Shown here piece after piece: positions 10,778 to 20,697 of a DNA stretch of 64,000 nucleotides; within the stretch, counting starts at the first letter, position 1; every line of letters begins with the position of its first letter. The DNA is from Candidatus Eremiobacteria bacterium (GTDB taxonomy: Bacteria > Vulcanimicrobiota > Vulcanimicrobiia > Vulcanimicrobiales > Vulcanimicrobiaceae). The position numbers were made by a program, and so were the translations under genes. Where the stretch lies: the NCBI GenBank assembly GCA_963737065.1, contig CAVTRC010000002.1:448001-512000 (forward strand). The letters are read 5' to 3'. The notes under the pieces were generated by a model. It was not told where the DNA came from and ran no database searches. It saw only the letters and a program-made list of their open reading frames with translations.

Positions 10778-12859
10778 ATGGCTCAGTCTCAACCTGAGCC
10801 GCTCGAAGGGTTCAGCGCGCGGGTGCTTACCGATTCGGTAAGCCCCGCCGGCATTCGCTTAACAACGATGGAAGTTCGCTTCCCTCGTTTTGTTTTGAGC
10901 GAATTTAACACCCATCGTACGTTTTGTCTCGACGGCGATGTGCAATTGTATTTCGACTTGCCGAGCGGCAAGAAATCGAGGCACGGAACGCGTCGTTTCA
11001 TGATGACGTTGCGAGAGCTCTATGAGAAGTGGCACGAAGGCGGCGGGGTCGATCTGCTTACACGACGCGTCAACATTCCGCGTGTCAATATTCCGAAGCA
11101 CGGGTACCGCGTTAGGGGCCTTGACGTTGCTCACTGGCTTTATGATGAACAGCGCAACATCAACCGTCAGCCAATCCGTGAGAGGCTAAAAACCATGATG
11201 CTTCGCTCGTGCGACGAGCGTACGGGCGAGATTTACCACACGCGCGTGCGTGACGTTTGCTATGCGGGTCCGAAGGACGTTTTTAAAGTAATCCTCGAGG
11301 ACGGGCGCGCCATCATGTCGTCGAAAGACCACCTGTTCTTCACTGCCGAAGGATGGCAGCGCCTAGAGGATGCCATCGGGCTCGAGCTCTCCCGTAACGG
11401 CGTTGCGACATGGACCAAAGCCACAAAATTCGCAGTGAATGGGCGGGAGGCGTACCGAGATCCGAATTGGCTTCGCGCCCGCCGTGATGATGGGCACTCC
11501 GCTAAGGCGATAGCTGAACTCGCAGGCGTTAGCATCGACCAGATCAAGTATCAATTTCGCAAACACGAGATTCGCGTCTCAAACCTTCGTCTCGTGTGGA
11601 AGCGATCGCACGAGAAAGAGCCGTGGAACAAAGGCCGCCGCTACAGCAACATAAAGACACGCGGCGTACCGAGCAAAGCTCGCGTGCGTCGAGGCGAGCA
11701 GTCGCATTTGTGGCGCGGCGGTATTACGCAGGAGCGCAAGCTCATCGGCCGATGGACGCGGAGCGAAGCCTTTCGTGTGCACCGCGCAAACGGCTTCAAG
11801 TGCGTGCTTTGTGGCGGCGGTCAAAAACTTCACGCACACCACGTCGATCCGGTCGCGCACAATCCCGCGCGCGCTTGCGATCCGCTCAACCTTACGAGTG
11901 TTTGCGCACAATGTCGCGGTGAACTGCATCAGCGGAACATCGAGCTCGTGTTGCTTCAGTTCGTCGAAGCGGGTGGCGCCTTCGCCGACTTCTGGCAGCA
12001 TGTAGGCGGTATGCGCCTTCGCAAACCGTACCAGCCGAAGAAGAAGCGTGCGATCGTTCGGCACTTCTTAGGCCTACGATCCGTCGAATACATTGGCGTC
12101 CGTGATACGTACGACGTCGAGGTCGAGGGCCCGTATCATAACTTTGTGGCCGATGGGTTCGTCGTCCACAACTCACGAAACAGTGCCAGCAGCCGCGCTG
12201 TCCCAACCAATAAAATGATCGAGCGCGTGTTGAACAATCCCGCCATGCCGGTTGAATGGGGTGTAAATAAGCCGGGAATGTCGGCGAGCGAAGCGCTCGA
12301 CGCTCAACAAGCGCAACACGCGCGAACCGAATGGTTGCGCGCCCGCGACGACGCCGTCGAACACGTGCGCAACTTGCAGAAATTTAACGTTCACAAGCAG
12401 ATCATCAACCGCATTCTCGAACCGTTCATGTGGCACACGGTAATCGTAACGGCGACGGAATGGGAGAATTTTTACAGTTTGCGATGCGCGCCGAATGCGC
12501 AGCCCGAGATCCGCGTTGCCGCCGAACTGATGCGTCATGCGATGAAGGGATCGCAGCCGCGAACGGTTTGCTCAGGCGACTGGCATCTGCCGCTCGTTCA
12601 GGATGACGAACGCGGTTTACCGATTGAAGCGCTGAAGAAGATCAGCGCCGCGCGATGCGCTCGCGTGTCGTATCTGACTCACGACGGAACGCGCGACATC
12701 GAAAAGGACATCGAGCTGTGCGGCCGCTTGCTCACTGACCGGCATCTAAGCCCGTTCGAACACGTCGCGACGCCCGCGGGCGACGCGCGTTTTCATGCGA
12801 ACGTTCGCGGCTGGATACAGATGCGGGCTGCGATCGAACGGCTTGCCGCAGCGACATAA
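10778..12859 (+). CDS. thyX: FAD-dependent thymidylate synthase (277-aa extein) interrupted by an intein
   Basis: Spliced motif EFNTHRTF|SRNSASSRAVP; HKQIINRILEPF, SAARCARVSY, HLSPFEHVA. Confidence 0.88.
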   Translation: MAQSQPEPLEGFSARVLTDSVSPAGIRLTTMEVRFPRFVLSEFNTHRTFCLDGDVQLYFDLPSGKKSRHGTRRFMMTLRELYEKWHEGGGVDLLTRRVNIPRVNIPKHGYRVRGLDVAHWLYDEQRNINRQPIRERLKTMMLRSCDERTGEIYHTRVRDVCYAGPKDVFKVILEDGRAIMSSKDHLFFTAEGWQRLEDAIGLELSRNGVATWTKATKFAVNGREAYRDPNWLRARRDDGHSAKAIAELAGVSIDQIKYQFRKHEIRVSNLRLVWKRSHEKEPWNKGRRYSNIKTRGVPSKARVRRGEQSHLWRGGITQERKLIGRWTRSEAFRVHRANGFKCVLCGGGQKLHAHHVDPVAHNPARACDPLNLTSVCAQCRGELHQRNIELVLLQFVEAGGAFADFWQHVGGMRLRKPYQPKKKRAIVRHFLGLRSVEYIGVRDTYDVEVEGPYHNFVADGFVVHNSRNSASSRAVPTNKMIERVLNNPAMPVEWGVNKPGMSASEALDAQQAQHARTEWLRARDDAVEHVRNLQKFNVHKQIINRILEPFMWHTVIVTATEWENFYSLRCAPNAQPEIRVAAELMRHAMKGSQPRTVCSGDWHLPLVQDDERGLPIEALKKISAARCARVSYLTHDGTRDIEKDIELCGRLLTDRHLSPFEHVATPAGDARFHANVRGWIQMRAAIERLAAAT
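10925..12172 (+). mobile_element. 416-aa intein with HNH homing endonuclease and DNA-binding segments
   Basis: Starts CLDGD (block A), SSKDHLF (block B), TYDVEV...HNFVADGFVVHN followed by Ser; internal CVLC...HAHHVDP...NLTSVCAQC. Confidence 0.93.
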
Positions 12860-13052
12860 CGCTACCGCGAACACGACGTATCTTCGCAGCACACGGACGC
12901 CATAATAGTGCCCGCACTAGCATCACGCTGGACATTAAGTCAAAATTTGTGTCGGGACAATTGCCAAGCTGTTTCCGTTGTGCGATAACATGATGCGATC
13001 GAGCGCTTCTTGTAGGCGCTCGCAATATCGCATCTGACTTACGGGTGAGCGT

Positions 13053-14516
13053 TTGACTACACAGATCCCTGATCGTCCATTGCTTTTGGACGAATCCGTT
13101 TCGGGCATTTCTCGCGACGCACTGAGTTACATTCCATACGCGTTAGCGGAGCGATATTGCGTGCTTGCGTATCGCGCCGATGGAGCCGGCCTGCACGTCT
13201 TCGTTCCCGATGTGCACGACGATGAGACGCTCGACCGGATTCGCAATGTTTCGGGAAAGCCGGTCGTCGCCCATGAAGCATCCGCAACTGTCCTTCGTGC
13301 GCGAATCGCGACCGCGTATCGAGTCGATCGGCTGCCCGTTGGTGAGCTCGGCGAGACCGCGCCCGCTATCCGAACCGTGGATGAACTCCATGAGGCGGCA
13401 GTTAGAGCGCGCGCCTCGGACATTCACATCGAGCCGTCTGACAAAGGCGGTCGCGTGCGACATCGCGTCGATGGAATACTGTTCGAGACGCGTACTCTGC
13501 CGCCCGATCTTTTTACGCACGTTGTTTCGCGGATCAAGCTGCTCGCCGCAATGGATATCGCAGATCGGCGCCAGCCACAAGACGGCCGTTATGGCCTTAC
13601 CGTTGACGGCCGCTCCATCGACGCGCGCGTCTCTTCTATGCCCACCATTGACGGCGAGAAGCTCGTCGTACGTATCCTTGATCTGCACGCGCGCATTCCG
13701 ACCCTTGAAGAGCTCGGCATGTCATCGGGAGTGCTGACGGGGTACCGCGAGCTCCTTCATTCTCCGTATGGATTCATTGTCGTGTGCGGTCCGACGGGCA
13801 GTGGAAAGACGACAACGCTCTACGCGTCTCTTTCGGAGCGCAACCTCGTCGGGCAGCAGATCAGCACCGTTGAAGACCCCGTTGAAGTCCGAATACCCGG
13901 CATAGCGCAAGTGCAAGTAAACGAACGTGCAGGGATGACCTTCGCCGCGGCTCTTCGCTCGTTTTTGCGGCAAGATCCAAACGTATTAATGGTTGGCGAA
14001 ATGCGGGACGGTGAAACGGCGAAGGTGGCGTTATCTGCGTCGCTTTCCGGGCAGCTCGTAATGACGACGCTTCACGCGAGCGATGCACCGAGGGCCGTCG
14101 AACGGCTCAACGAGTTGGGCGCCGAACGCCACGCAGTCGCGGCCGGATTGTCGGCTATTGTAGCGCAGCGGCTCGTCCGTCGGTTGTGTCCGACGTGTCG
14201 CGAACGCACGCAATTACCGATACGAGACGCGCATGCACTTGGAATCGCTGCCGGCACGCCGGCATACACGTCTAGCGGCTGCAGTGCGTGCGATGGGAAA
14301 GGCTATCGAGGACGCATTGCCATCTTCGAGCTTCTCCCGATCACGCACGATATCCGCGATGCCATCGCTTCGGGCGCGTCCTCCGCTACGGTGGCCGAAC
14401 TCGCCCGGAATGTCGGATACAAACCGATGCTGCTCGATGGAATAGCGCATTTGCTCTCGGGCGAAACGACTGTGGAAGAATTGCAGCGCGTGCTAACGTT
14501 CGAGTGGCAGCGGTGA
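13053..14516 (+). CDS. pilB: PilB/GspE extension ATPase
   Basis: ASDIHIEP, GPTGSGKTTT, LRQDPNVLMVGEMRD, CxxC...CxxC. Confidence 0.93.
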   Translation: MTTQIPDRPLLLDESVSGISRDALSYIPYALAERYCVLAYRADGAGLHVFVPDVHDDETLDRIRNVSGKPVVAHEASATVLRARIATAYRVDRLPVGELGETAPAIRTVDELHEAAVRARASDIHIEPSDKGGRVRHRVDGILFETRTLPPDLFTHVVSRIKLLAAMDIADRRQPQDGRYGLTVDGRSIDARVSSMPTIDGEKLVVRILDLHARIPTLEELGMSSGVLTGYRELLHSPYGFIVVCGPTGSGKTTTLYASLSERNLVGQQISTVEDPVEVRIPGIAQVQVNERAGMTFAAALRSFLRQDPNVLMVGEMRDGETAKVALSASLSGQLVMTTLHASDAPRAVERLNELGAERHAVAAGLSAIVAQRLVRRLCPTCRERTQLPIRDAHALGIAAGTPAYTSSGCSACDGKGYRGRIAIFELLPITHDIRDAIASGASSATVAELARNVGYKPMLLDGIAHLLSGETTVEELQRVLTFEWQR

Positions 14517-15592
14517 ACCAAAGCTTTTCCGAGATTCGATTCAACGATCTGCTCTACTTGGCGCACGCTCGTTCTGCCTCCGACATCCATCTGGTAGCCG
14601 GCGTGCGCGCATCGATTCGGGTCGATGGCGCGCTCGAATACGCGGACGGTCCCCTCGTGAGCAGCGATGATACGTTGACGCTAGCGCGCTTGCTGCTGGA
14701 CGAGCGCGCACGATCGACACTGCGTGATAAAGGCGATGTCACCTGCACGTCGAGTGATGGAGGAAGCGGACTGATGCGGGTGCACGCGCTGCGTGCCCGG
14801 GACGATGTTGCACTATCGATTCGTTTGCTGCCGCGCAGCATACCGAAAATGGAGGGCCTGCACCTGCCGGCTGTTGTGCAGGCACTCGTGCAAAAGCAGC
14901 GCGGCCTCATTCTTTTTGCCGGCCCGACGGGAAGCGGTAAATCGACGTCTATGGCCGCGCTCATCGACGAAATGAATCGAACGATGGCGCGACGCGTCAT
15001 AACAATCGAAGATCCGATCGAATACCGCCACGTTAGTGACCGGTGCATCATCGTACAGCGCGAAGTCGGACGTGATGTACCGAGCTTCTCAGATGCCGTG
15101 ATCGGTACGTTGCGAGCAGACCCGGACGTGATCATGATCGGCGAAATGCGCGATGCTGCAACCATCCGCGCTGCCATGACGGCTGCTGAAACAGGCCACC
15201 TGGTGTTGTCGACGCTGCACACGGGTGATGCGGTTCAGACGGTGGACCGTATTGTCGAAGCTTTCAGTGGAAATGAACAGTCGCAGATACGCGCGCAGCT
15301 CGCAACGGCTCTCGTCGCGATCGTATGTCAGCGGCTCTTACCGCGTGCGTCCGGAACCGGCAGGCGGGTCGCAGCTGAAGTCTTGGTCGCGACGGACGCG
15401 GCGCGCGCGATTATTCGCGAGGGGCGTATGCATCAGTTGCGAAACGTCATGCTGACGGGGCGACATGCGGGAATGCAGACGCTCGAGCAGCATCTGAGCG
15501 TATTGCTGTCGGACCACATCATCTGCGATTCTGCTGCAGCGGCTGCCTGTGAGCGCCATAACGAGTTACCGGAAAGCCGCGCAGTCCGATAA
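14513..15592 (+). CDS. pilT: PilT retraction ATPase
   Basis: GPTGSGKST, AAETGHLVLSTLHT, AARAIIRE (AIRNLIRE-like), GMQT; GTGA overlap. Confidence 0.9.
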   Translation: MNQSFSEIRFNDLLYLAHARSASDIHLVAGVRASIRVDGALEYADGPLVSSDDTLTLARLLLDERARSTLRDKGDVTCTSSDGGSGLMRVHALRARDDVALSIRLLPRSIPKMEGLHLPAVVQALVQKQRGLILFAGPTGSGKSTSMAALIDEMNRTMARRVITIEDPIEYRHVSDRCIIVQREVGRDVPSFSDAVIGTLRADPDVIMIGEMRDAATIRAAMTAAETGHLVLSTLHTGDAVQTVDRIVEAFSGNEQSQIRAQLATALVAIVCQRLLPRASGTGRRVAAEVLVATDAARAIIREGRMHQLRNVMLTGRHAGMQTLEQHLSVLLSDHIICDSAAAAACERHNELPESRAVR

Positions 15593-15593
15593 G

Positions 15594-16814
15594 ATGCCCG
15601 CAATCTATTCCTACACCGCGCGAAATGCGCAGGGCCGATTCGTCGCGGGCTCCATGCACGCCGAATCCGCGGATCACGCGCTCGCACATTTGCGCACGCG
15701 TTCGCTGTTCGTCACGTCGCTCGCGCCAAGCGGCGCCGCGAAAGCGACCGCCGTCGCGCTGGTCACGCTTTTCCCCGTTAATGCATCCGCTCGTCTGGCT
15801 TTCTTCAGATCGCTCGCGACGTTACTGAGCGCCGGCGTCACCCTTCGGCGCGCACTTGAGGTCTCCATCGAAGAGTGTGCCGACCGGCGGCTCGCAGAAG
15901 CGCTTCGTTCCGTCGCCAGCGACATCGAAAGCGGAACGGCCTTGTCGAGCGCAATGTCCAGGCGTCCGCGAGAGTTTCCGCACCTATTCGTCGCTATGAT
16001 AAGAGCGGGCGAATTGGGCGGTGTGCTGGATGAAGTACTCGAGCGGCTTGCCACGATGCTCGAGCTCGATCGTGCCATGCGAAAACGACTCTCCGCCGCG
16101 CTCGCTTATCCGGCTGTCGTAGCATGTTGCGCGATTGCGCTCGTTCTGCTTCTCGTTGCGAACATCGTTCCGGCGTTCGCCGGCCTGTTCGCCGAAATGC
16201 ATGTCAGCCTTCCGCTTACGACGAGGCTTTTAATTGCGGTCGGAACGACACTGACGTCGCCGCTCGCGGATGTCGCTATCCTCGCAACGATAGCGGCCGC
16301 CGTTGCCGCTATCCGAACCGCGCGATCGCAGCCGCGGTTAGCGCCGTGGTTCGATGCCGTGCTCTTACGAATTCCCGTCGCCGGTACGATCCTCAGAAAG
16401 TCTATTATTGCTCGCGTATCGCGCACGCTTGGAACGCTGCTGCGATCCGGCGTCCCGATTCTCGATGCATTGAATTCGTGTGAGGACGTGGTCGGGAACG
16501 CGTTGTACGGCCGAGCCGTCGCGTCCGTCGGCGCAGCGTTGCGTGAAGGCCATCCGATGACGGCGCCGCTCGATAAAAGCGGTCTTTTCGAGCCCATCGC
16601 TCTTCAACTCGTTCGCGTCGGCGAAGAGACCGGGACGCTCGATGCGATGCTTCTTCGCATCGCCGAATACTTCGAAGTCGACGTCGAGACGTCGATCGCT
16701 GCGCTGGGAAGTATCGTCGAACCCATGCTGATCTTGATCTTGGGTTCCGTAGTCGGAACCATTGTCGCTTCTGTTCTCATCCCACTCTATTCCATTATAG
16801 GGAGCATAAAGTGA
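15594..16814 (+). CDS. pilC: PilC/GspF inner-membrane platform protein
   Basis: AGELGGVLDEVL, ALAYP, VGEETGTLD, EP followed by C-terminal TM. Confidence 0.92.
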   Translation: MPAIYSYTARNAQGRFVAGSMHAESADHALAHLRTRSLFVTSLAPSGAAKATAVALVTLFPVNASARLAFFRSLATLLSAGVTLRRALEVSIEECADRRLAEALRSVASDIESGTALSSAMSRRPREFPHLFVAMIRAGELGGVLDEVLERLATMLELDRAMRKRLSAALAYPAVVACCAIALVLLLVANIVPAFAGLFAEMHVSLPLTTRLLIAVGTTLTSPLADVAILATIAAAVAAIRTARSQPRLAPWFDAVLLRIPVAGTILRKSIIARVSRTLGTLLRSGVPILDALNSCEDVVGNALYGRAVASVGAALREGHPMTAPLDKSGLFEPIALQLVRVGEETGTLDAMLLRIAEYFEVDVETSIAALGSIVEPMLILILGSVVGTIVASVLIPLYSIIGSIK

Positions 16815-17485
16815 TCGCGCTGAAAGCCAGCCGAGACGAAATAATCGAACGCCATCATTACCTCTGTGCGCGAGCGGCGAGGAAATTCTTCCGAGACGGC
16901 GTGGAACGCGCGGATTTGGAACAGATCGCCGCGATCGGACTGATCAAAGCAGCCGATCGATACGACGACGCGCAAGGGACGCCGTTCGAGGCATACGCAT
17001 GGGTACTCATTCTTGGCGAACTGATGCACTACGTTCGCGACGCTGAACGGCTCTTGCGCGCTCCTCGCCGGATCCGCGATCTTGAACGGCGATGGGCGAC
17101 TGCGGAGCATCAACTATTGATCCAGCTCGAACGAGAGCCAAACGGCTATGAGATCGCAGCATACTTAGGTCTAACGGCGAGCGAAGAACAAGAGGTGCAG
17201 CGCTATCGCGCAGCGCGTGCCGTAATGTCAATGGAGACGTTGCTGCCGTACCAGCAAGGCGTTCTTTCCTACACCATCGATCAGCAGTTGGACCGGTTGA
17301 TGCTCGAATCGGTTATGGAGGCGCTTTCGTCCGTGGAACGGCAGATTCTCATTGAGATTTATCAGCACGATACGCCGGTTCAACAGATCGCCGACCGCTT
17401 AGGCTATTCCCGCCGGCACATCGCACGATTACACCGGGACGCGCTGAAGAAGCTTTCTCCGCTAACCGGTCCCATTTCGGCATAA
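16811..17485 (+). CDS. SigB/SigF/SigG-like alternative sigma factor
   Basis: DLEQIAAIGLIKAADRYD, FEAY...GELMHYVRD, RAPRR, region 3 REP...EIA, region 4 QQIADRLGYSRRHIARL. Confidence 0.9.
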   Translation: MIALKASRDEIIERHHYLCARAARKFFRDGVERADLEQIAAIGLIKAADRYDDAQGTPFEAYAWVLILGELMHYVRDAERLLRAPRRIRDLERRWATAEHQLLIQLEREPNGYEIAAYLGLTASEEQEVQRYRAARAVMSMETLLPYQQGVLSYTIDQQLDRLMLESVMEALSSVERQILIEIYQHDTPVQQIADRLGYSRRHIARLHRDALKKLSPLTGPISA

Positions 17486-17506
17486 ATCGGGCACGTACCG
17501 TTTCGA

Positions 17507-17980
17507 ATGAAGCGATATAAGCCTAACGGCATGGAGCGACAAGGGGAGCGCGGCTTTACGTTAATCGAAATGATGATCGTCGTCGCGATCATCGCGATTC
17601 TCGTCGCTATTCTCGTGCCGAATTTCATGAGAGCACGCGCACAGGCGCAAACTGCAGCGTGCGAAGCAAACCTCAAGGAAATTGCGACGGCGCTGGAATT
17701 GTATCAAACGGATCATCAGCAATATCCGAACGTTACGTCCGCTACGAGCGTCACGAGTTCTGAGCCGAACCTCGGCCCATATTTACGTCAGACACCGGTC
17801 GATCCCGTGGCCCCAACCGGAAACTATACCTACCAGGTGCAGAATGCCGACTCGGGCACCGCTTCATACACGATCACATGTCCCGGTAGCCACGATCCGG
17901 CTACGCTGACGGCTATTGGCGGCAGCAATTCGAAGACCGGCATTCAGTACACGTCAGCCAACGGTTTCTCCGCGCAGTAA
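17507..17980 (+). CDS. Type IV prepilin (major pilin/pseudopilin); alternative start 17531
   Basis: Class III signal G|FTLIEMMIVVAIIAILVAILVP; two Cys in the mature head. Confidence 0.93.
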   Translation: MKRYKPNGMERQGERGFTLIEMMIVVAIIAILVAILVPNFMRARAQAQTAACEANLKEIATALELYQTDHQQYPNVTSATSVTSSEPNLGPYLRQTPVDPVAPTGNYTYQVQNADSGTASYTITCPGSHDPATLTAIGGSNSKTGIQYTSANGFSAQ

Positions 17981-17986
17981 GACGGA

Positions 17987-18634
17987 ATGGATATCGTCGA
18001 CACAGCTTTGAAGTTCGCACCCAGCGGTAGTCCGGCATCGTATCTGTTCGCGCTGATCGCAGGGGCCGCAACGAGTGTCGGCCCGTGCGTCGCACCTCGA
18101 TACGTTGCCGTTGCCGCGATTTCAAACGGCACGCGGGCCGGCCGACTCTCGCGTTTGGGCGCCTTTGTGGCCGGAACGATAGCATTCTCCGTTGCGATTG
18201 CGTCGATCGGCTCGCTCCTCATTCACATTGCGCGGTTTTCACCACTTGTCTACTGGTCGCTTTCGTTCTCACTAGTCGTCTGCGGCGCGCGTGGGCTTTG
18301 GCTTGGTGGAGGACACGCTTGTGGTCGTCGGGACGGTTCTATCCCGAGCACGGGCGGAGCGTTTTTGCTCGGAGCTGCGACGTCAACGACCATATCGCCC
18401 TGCTGCACGCCGGTGCTGATTGCTTTCGGCGCGCTCGGAGGCGCCTCGCTCACTCCCGAACGCGTGGTCGCACTTATGGCGGCGTATCTGGCCGGACACA
18501 TTGCACCCGCGTTATTGCTGTATACCAGTGCGACTGCGGCTCGCGCGATGACCGCGGTGTCGCGGGATGCGGCCGCGACGGTCGCTGCCGCCGTCACGAT
18601 CGCGCTTGGGCTATACTATGCGGTGCTTGCGTGA
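17987..18634 (+). CDS. CcdA/DsbD transmembrane-domain-like protein
   Basis: About 6 TM helices with GAATSVGPCVAP and SPCCTPVL Pro-Cys motifs. Confidence 0.72.
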   Translation: MDIVDTALKFAPSGSPASYLFALIAGAATSVGPCVAPRYVAVAAISNGTRAGRLSRLGAFVAGTIAFSVAIASIGSLLIHIARFSPLVYWSLSFSLVVCGARGLWLGGGHACGRRDGSIPSTGGAFLLGAATSTTISPCCTPVLIAFGALGGASLTPERVVALMAAYLAGHIAPALLLYTSATAARAMTAVSRDAAATVAAAVTIALGLYYAVLA

Positions 18635-19161
18635 GCGTTTCGACGGTTCGCGGGCGCACGGTTCTAACGACGTTTGCACTCATAGTGGCGGGCATATTGC
18701 TGCGCGCGCAACTGTCCTCGGCGCTCGTCACGCGAGGCGACTCGCTGGCTTATTGGGGTGAACGCTCGCAGGCGCGAGCGATGTACGCCCGCGCGCTCGT
18801 GCTCGATCGAACCAATCGTGTAGCAGCCGACCGATATGCATTTGACGCGTCGATTTCAAACAACGCGTCCGTTATCCGAAGCGGCGTAACGGTTGCAAGC
18901 CGATATCTGTCGCGAAATCCGGACGACGGTATCCTGTTGATGGATCGCGCTCTGTGCTATCAACATGAAGGTACGCTTGCACGTGCCATCGCGGATTTTC
19001 AACGCGCGGGGCGGATCGAACATGATCCGCGAGCGTTCATGTTCGCGGCTTTGGACGAGCGCACACTGCGGCACTCGGGGCGCGCACGCCGGCTCTTGAA
19101 AGACGCGATCGCGCTCGATCCAACGTTCCAACCCGCGCGCGTGGAGTTAGCGCGAACGTAG
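18631..19161 (+). CDS. TPR-like protein with N-terminal TM/signal
   Basis: AMYARALVLD, YLSRNPDD...RALCY...AIADFQRA, AIALDPTF; GTGA overlap. Confidence 0.7.
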   Translation: MSVSTVRGRTVLTTFALIVAGILLRAQLSSALVTRGDSLAYWGERSQARAMYARALVLDRTNRVAADRYAFDASISNNASVIRSGVTVASRYLSRNPDDGILLMDRALCYQHEGTLARAIADFQRAGRIEHDPRAFMFAALDERTLRHSGRARRLLKDAIALDPTFQPARVELART

Positions 19162-19162
19162 C

Positions 19163-19744
19163 ATGAGCTGGTTATACTTTTGTTGTTCCGGCGTGCTATT
19201 TGCGTTCGTCGGTTCCGTTCACGCGAAACGCATGGGTGACGCGTTCAATGCGTTCATCTTAATTCCGTTCGCTGCAGCGGCGATTGCCGCCATAGCGGTG
19301 TCCGGGCCACGGACGACGGTTCCCGTGTGTCTCGTGCTCGCGTCCGTATGCGTTTGCGCCGCGAGCGACTCTTCGTCAGGCTATGTCTATGATGTCGTGA
19401 CGTATCCCAGTTTATTGTTCGTGCTCCTCGCTTCCGTGTACGCGGGAACGCTAAGTTCCACGGCGCTCTGGGCATGCTTGTCGTTTGCTTCGCTCGCGCT
19501 GTTTGCCGTATTGACCCGTCAACGGGCGTTCGGGTTTGGTGATGTGAAGCTGTTCACCGTCGTCGGCGCCGGTTTAGGGCCGTTGTTTTTCGGCGTGCTG
19601 GGGGGCGCGTTCGTAATCGGCGCATGCGTGGTCGCGGTCGCGCTTTTGCGAGGACGCATCCGGTTCGGTGAGACGGTTCCGTTCGCGCCCTTCATTGCAA
19701 TCGCGACGATTCTTTCACTTCCGTGTGAAAGGCTGCTCGGGTGA
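19163..19744 (+). CDS. Prepilin peptidase (A24), short form
   Basis: Multi-TM, SDSSSG and FGFGDVKL aspartate motifs, VPFAPFI. Confidence 0.85.
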   Translation: MSWLYFCCSGVLFAFVGSVHAKRMGDAFNAFILIPFAAAAIAAIAVSGPRTTVPVCLVLASVCVCAASDSSSGYVYDVVTYPSLLFVLLASVYAGTLSSTALWACLSFASLALFAVLTRQRAFGFGDVKLFTVVGAGLGPLFFGVLGGAFVIGACVVAVALLRGRIRFGETVPFAPFIAIATILSLPCERLLG

Positions 19745-20697
19745 GCCGGTACCGGACACTACCGCTCGGAGTCGACCTCGGATCGTCGCGCGTTCGCGTC
19801 GCGCTCTCCGAAGCTGCCTCCGCGGACCACGTGCGCCTGAGGGCCGTGTCGGCACGCGATATCCCGGATGACGTTCGTCAGGATCGGCCGCTCCTCGCAG
19901 CGCTTATTGAGGACGTCGTCGCGGAACTCGGCGTACGCAAGCGCGCGTGCGTCACCGCTTTGGGAAGCGCTGATGCGACGTTGCGGGTCATACACTTTCC
20001 CAAAATGAGTTGGCACGAACGGCTCCGCGCCGCTCGTTACGAAGCGCAGCGGTTCGCCGCGTCAGGCGAACGTCCGGCGCTTGTCCGCGTGCACCGCGCA
20101 GTGCATCGGGACAATACGTTTGCGATCGGCGTTACGCGACAATCGGTCGTCAGCGATCGCGTCGCGCTCCTGAAACAGGCGCGCCTGCGTGTTGCCGCAG
20201 TGGACCACGATACGCTTGCACTCCGGCGCGCGATTCCGTTCGCTGATGCCGTTCTCGATATCGGAGCACATCGCTCGACACTTCACCATTACACGGCCGC
20301 CGCACCATTTTCGCAGTCGATCGCGATCGGCGGTGCGGACGTTACACGAAGCATCGCTCGCGAACTTTCAATCGACGCAGCAAGCGCTGAGCGACGGAAG
20401 CGGATATTGGGCTCGGCCGGCGCAGGCTCGGCGGTCCGGGATGAGTTGACTTCGGAATTTGCCGCAGTTATCGAGCGAGCTCGTGCGCGAGCTTCGATTG
20501 CGAGAATCGTGCTCGTTGGAAACGGCGCCCGTTTGCCGGCGCTTGCCTCGGAGATCGAACGCGCAACGGGAGCGATAACGGAACTGCTCGTTCCGCCGAT
20601 CCTCCAGACGGACGCATATCCCGAGGATGTCATTCGTTCCGCTGCGCCCGACTGGATACTGGCCGCGGCCTTAACGACTTGGAGTCTCGCCGCATAA
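19741..20697 (+). CDS. pilM: PilM actin-like alignment protein
   Basis: LGVDLGS, LDIGAHRS, IGGADVT, LVGNGA; position in operon. Confidence 0.85.
   Translation: MSRYRTLPLGVDLGSSRVRVALSEAASADHVRLRAVSARDIPDDVRQDRPLLAALIEDVVAELGVRKRACVTALGSADATLRVIHFPKMSWHERLRAARYEAQRFAASGERPALVRVHRAVHRDNTFAIGVTRQSVVSDRVALLKQARLRVAAVDHDTLALRRAIPFADAVLDIGAHRSTLHHYTAAAPFSQSIAIGGADVTRSIARELSIDAASAERRKRILGSAGAGSAVRDELTSEFAAVIERARARASIARIVLVGNGARLPALASEIERATGAITELLVPPILQTDAYPEDVIRSAAPDWILAAALTTWSLAA

Noticed and set aside
12981..12996. CRP-S competence site before pilB
   Set aside because: TGCGA-N6 is not followed by TCGCA.
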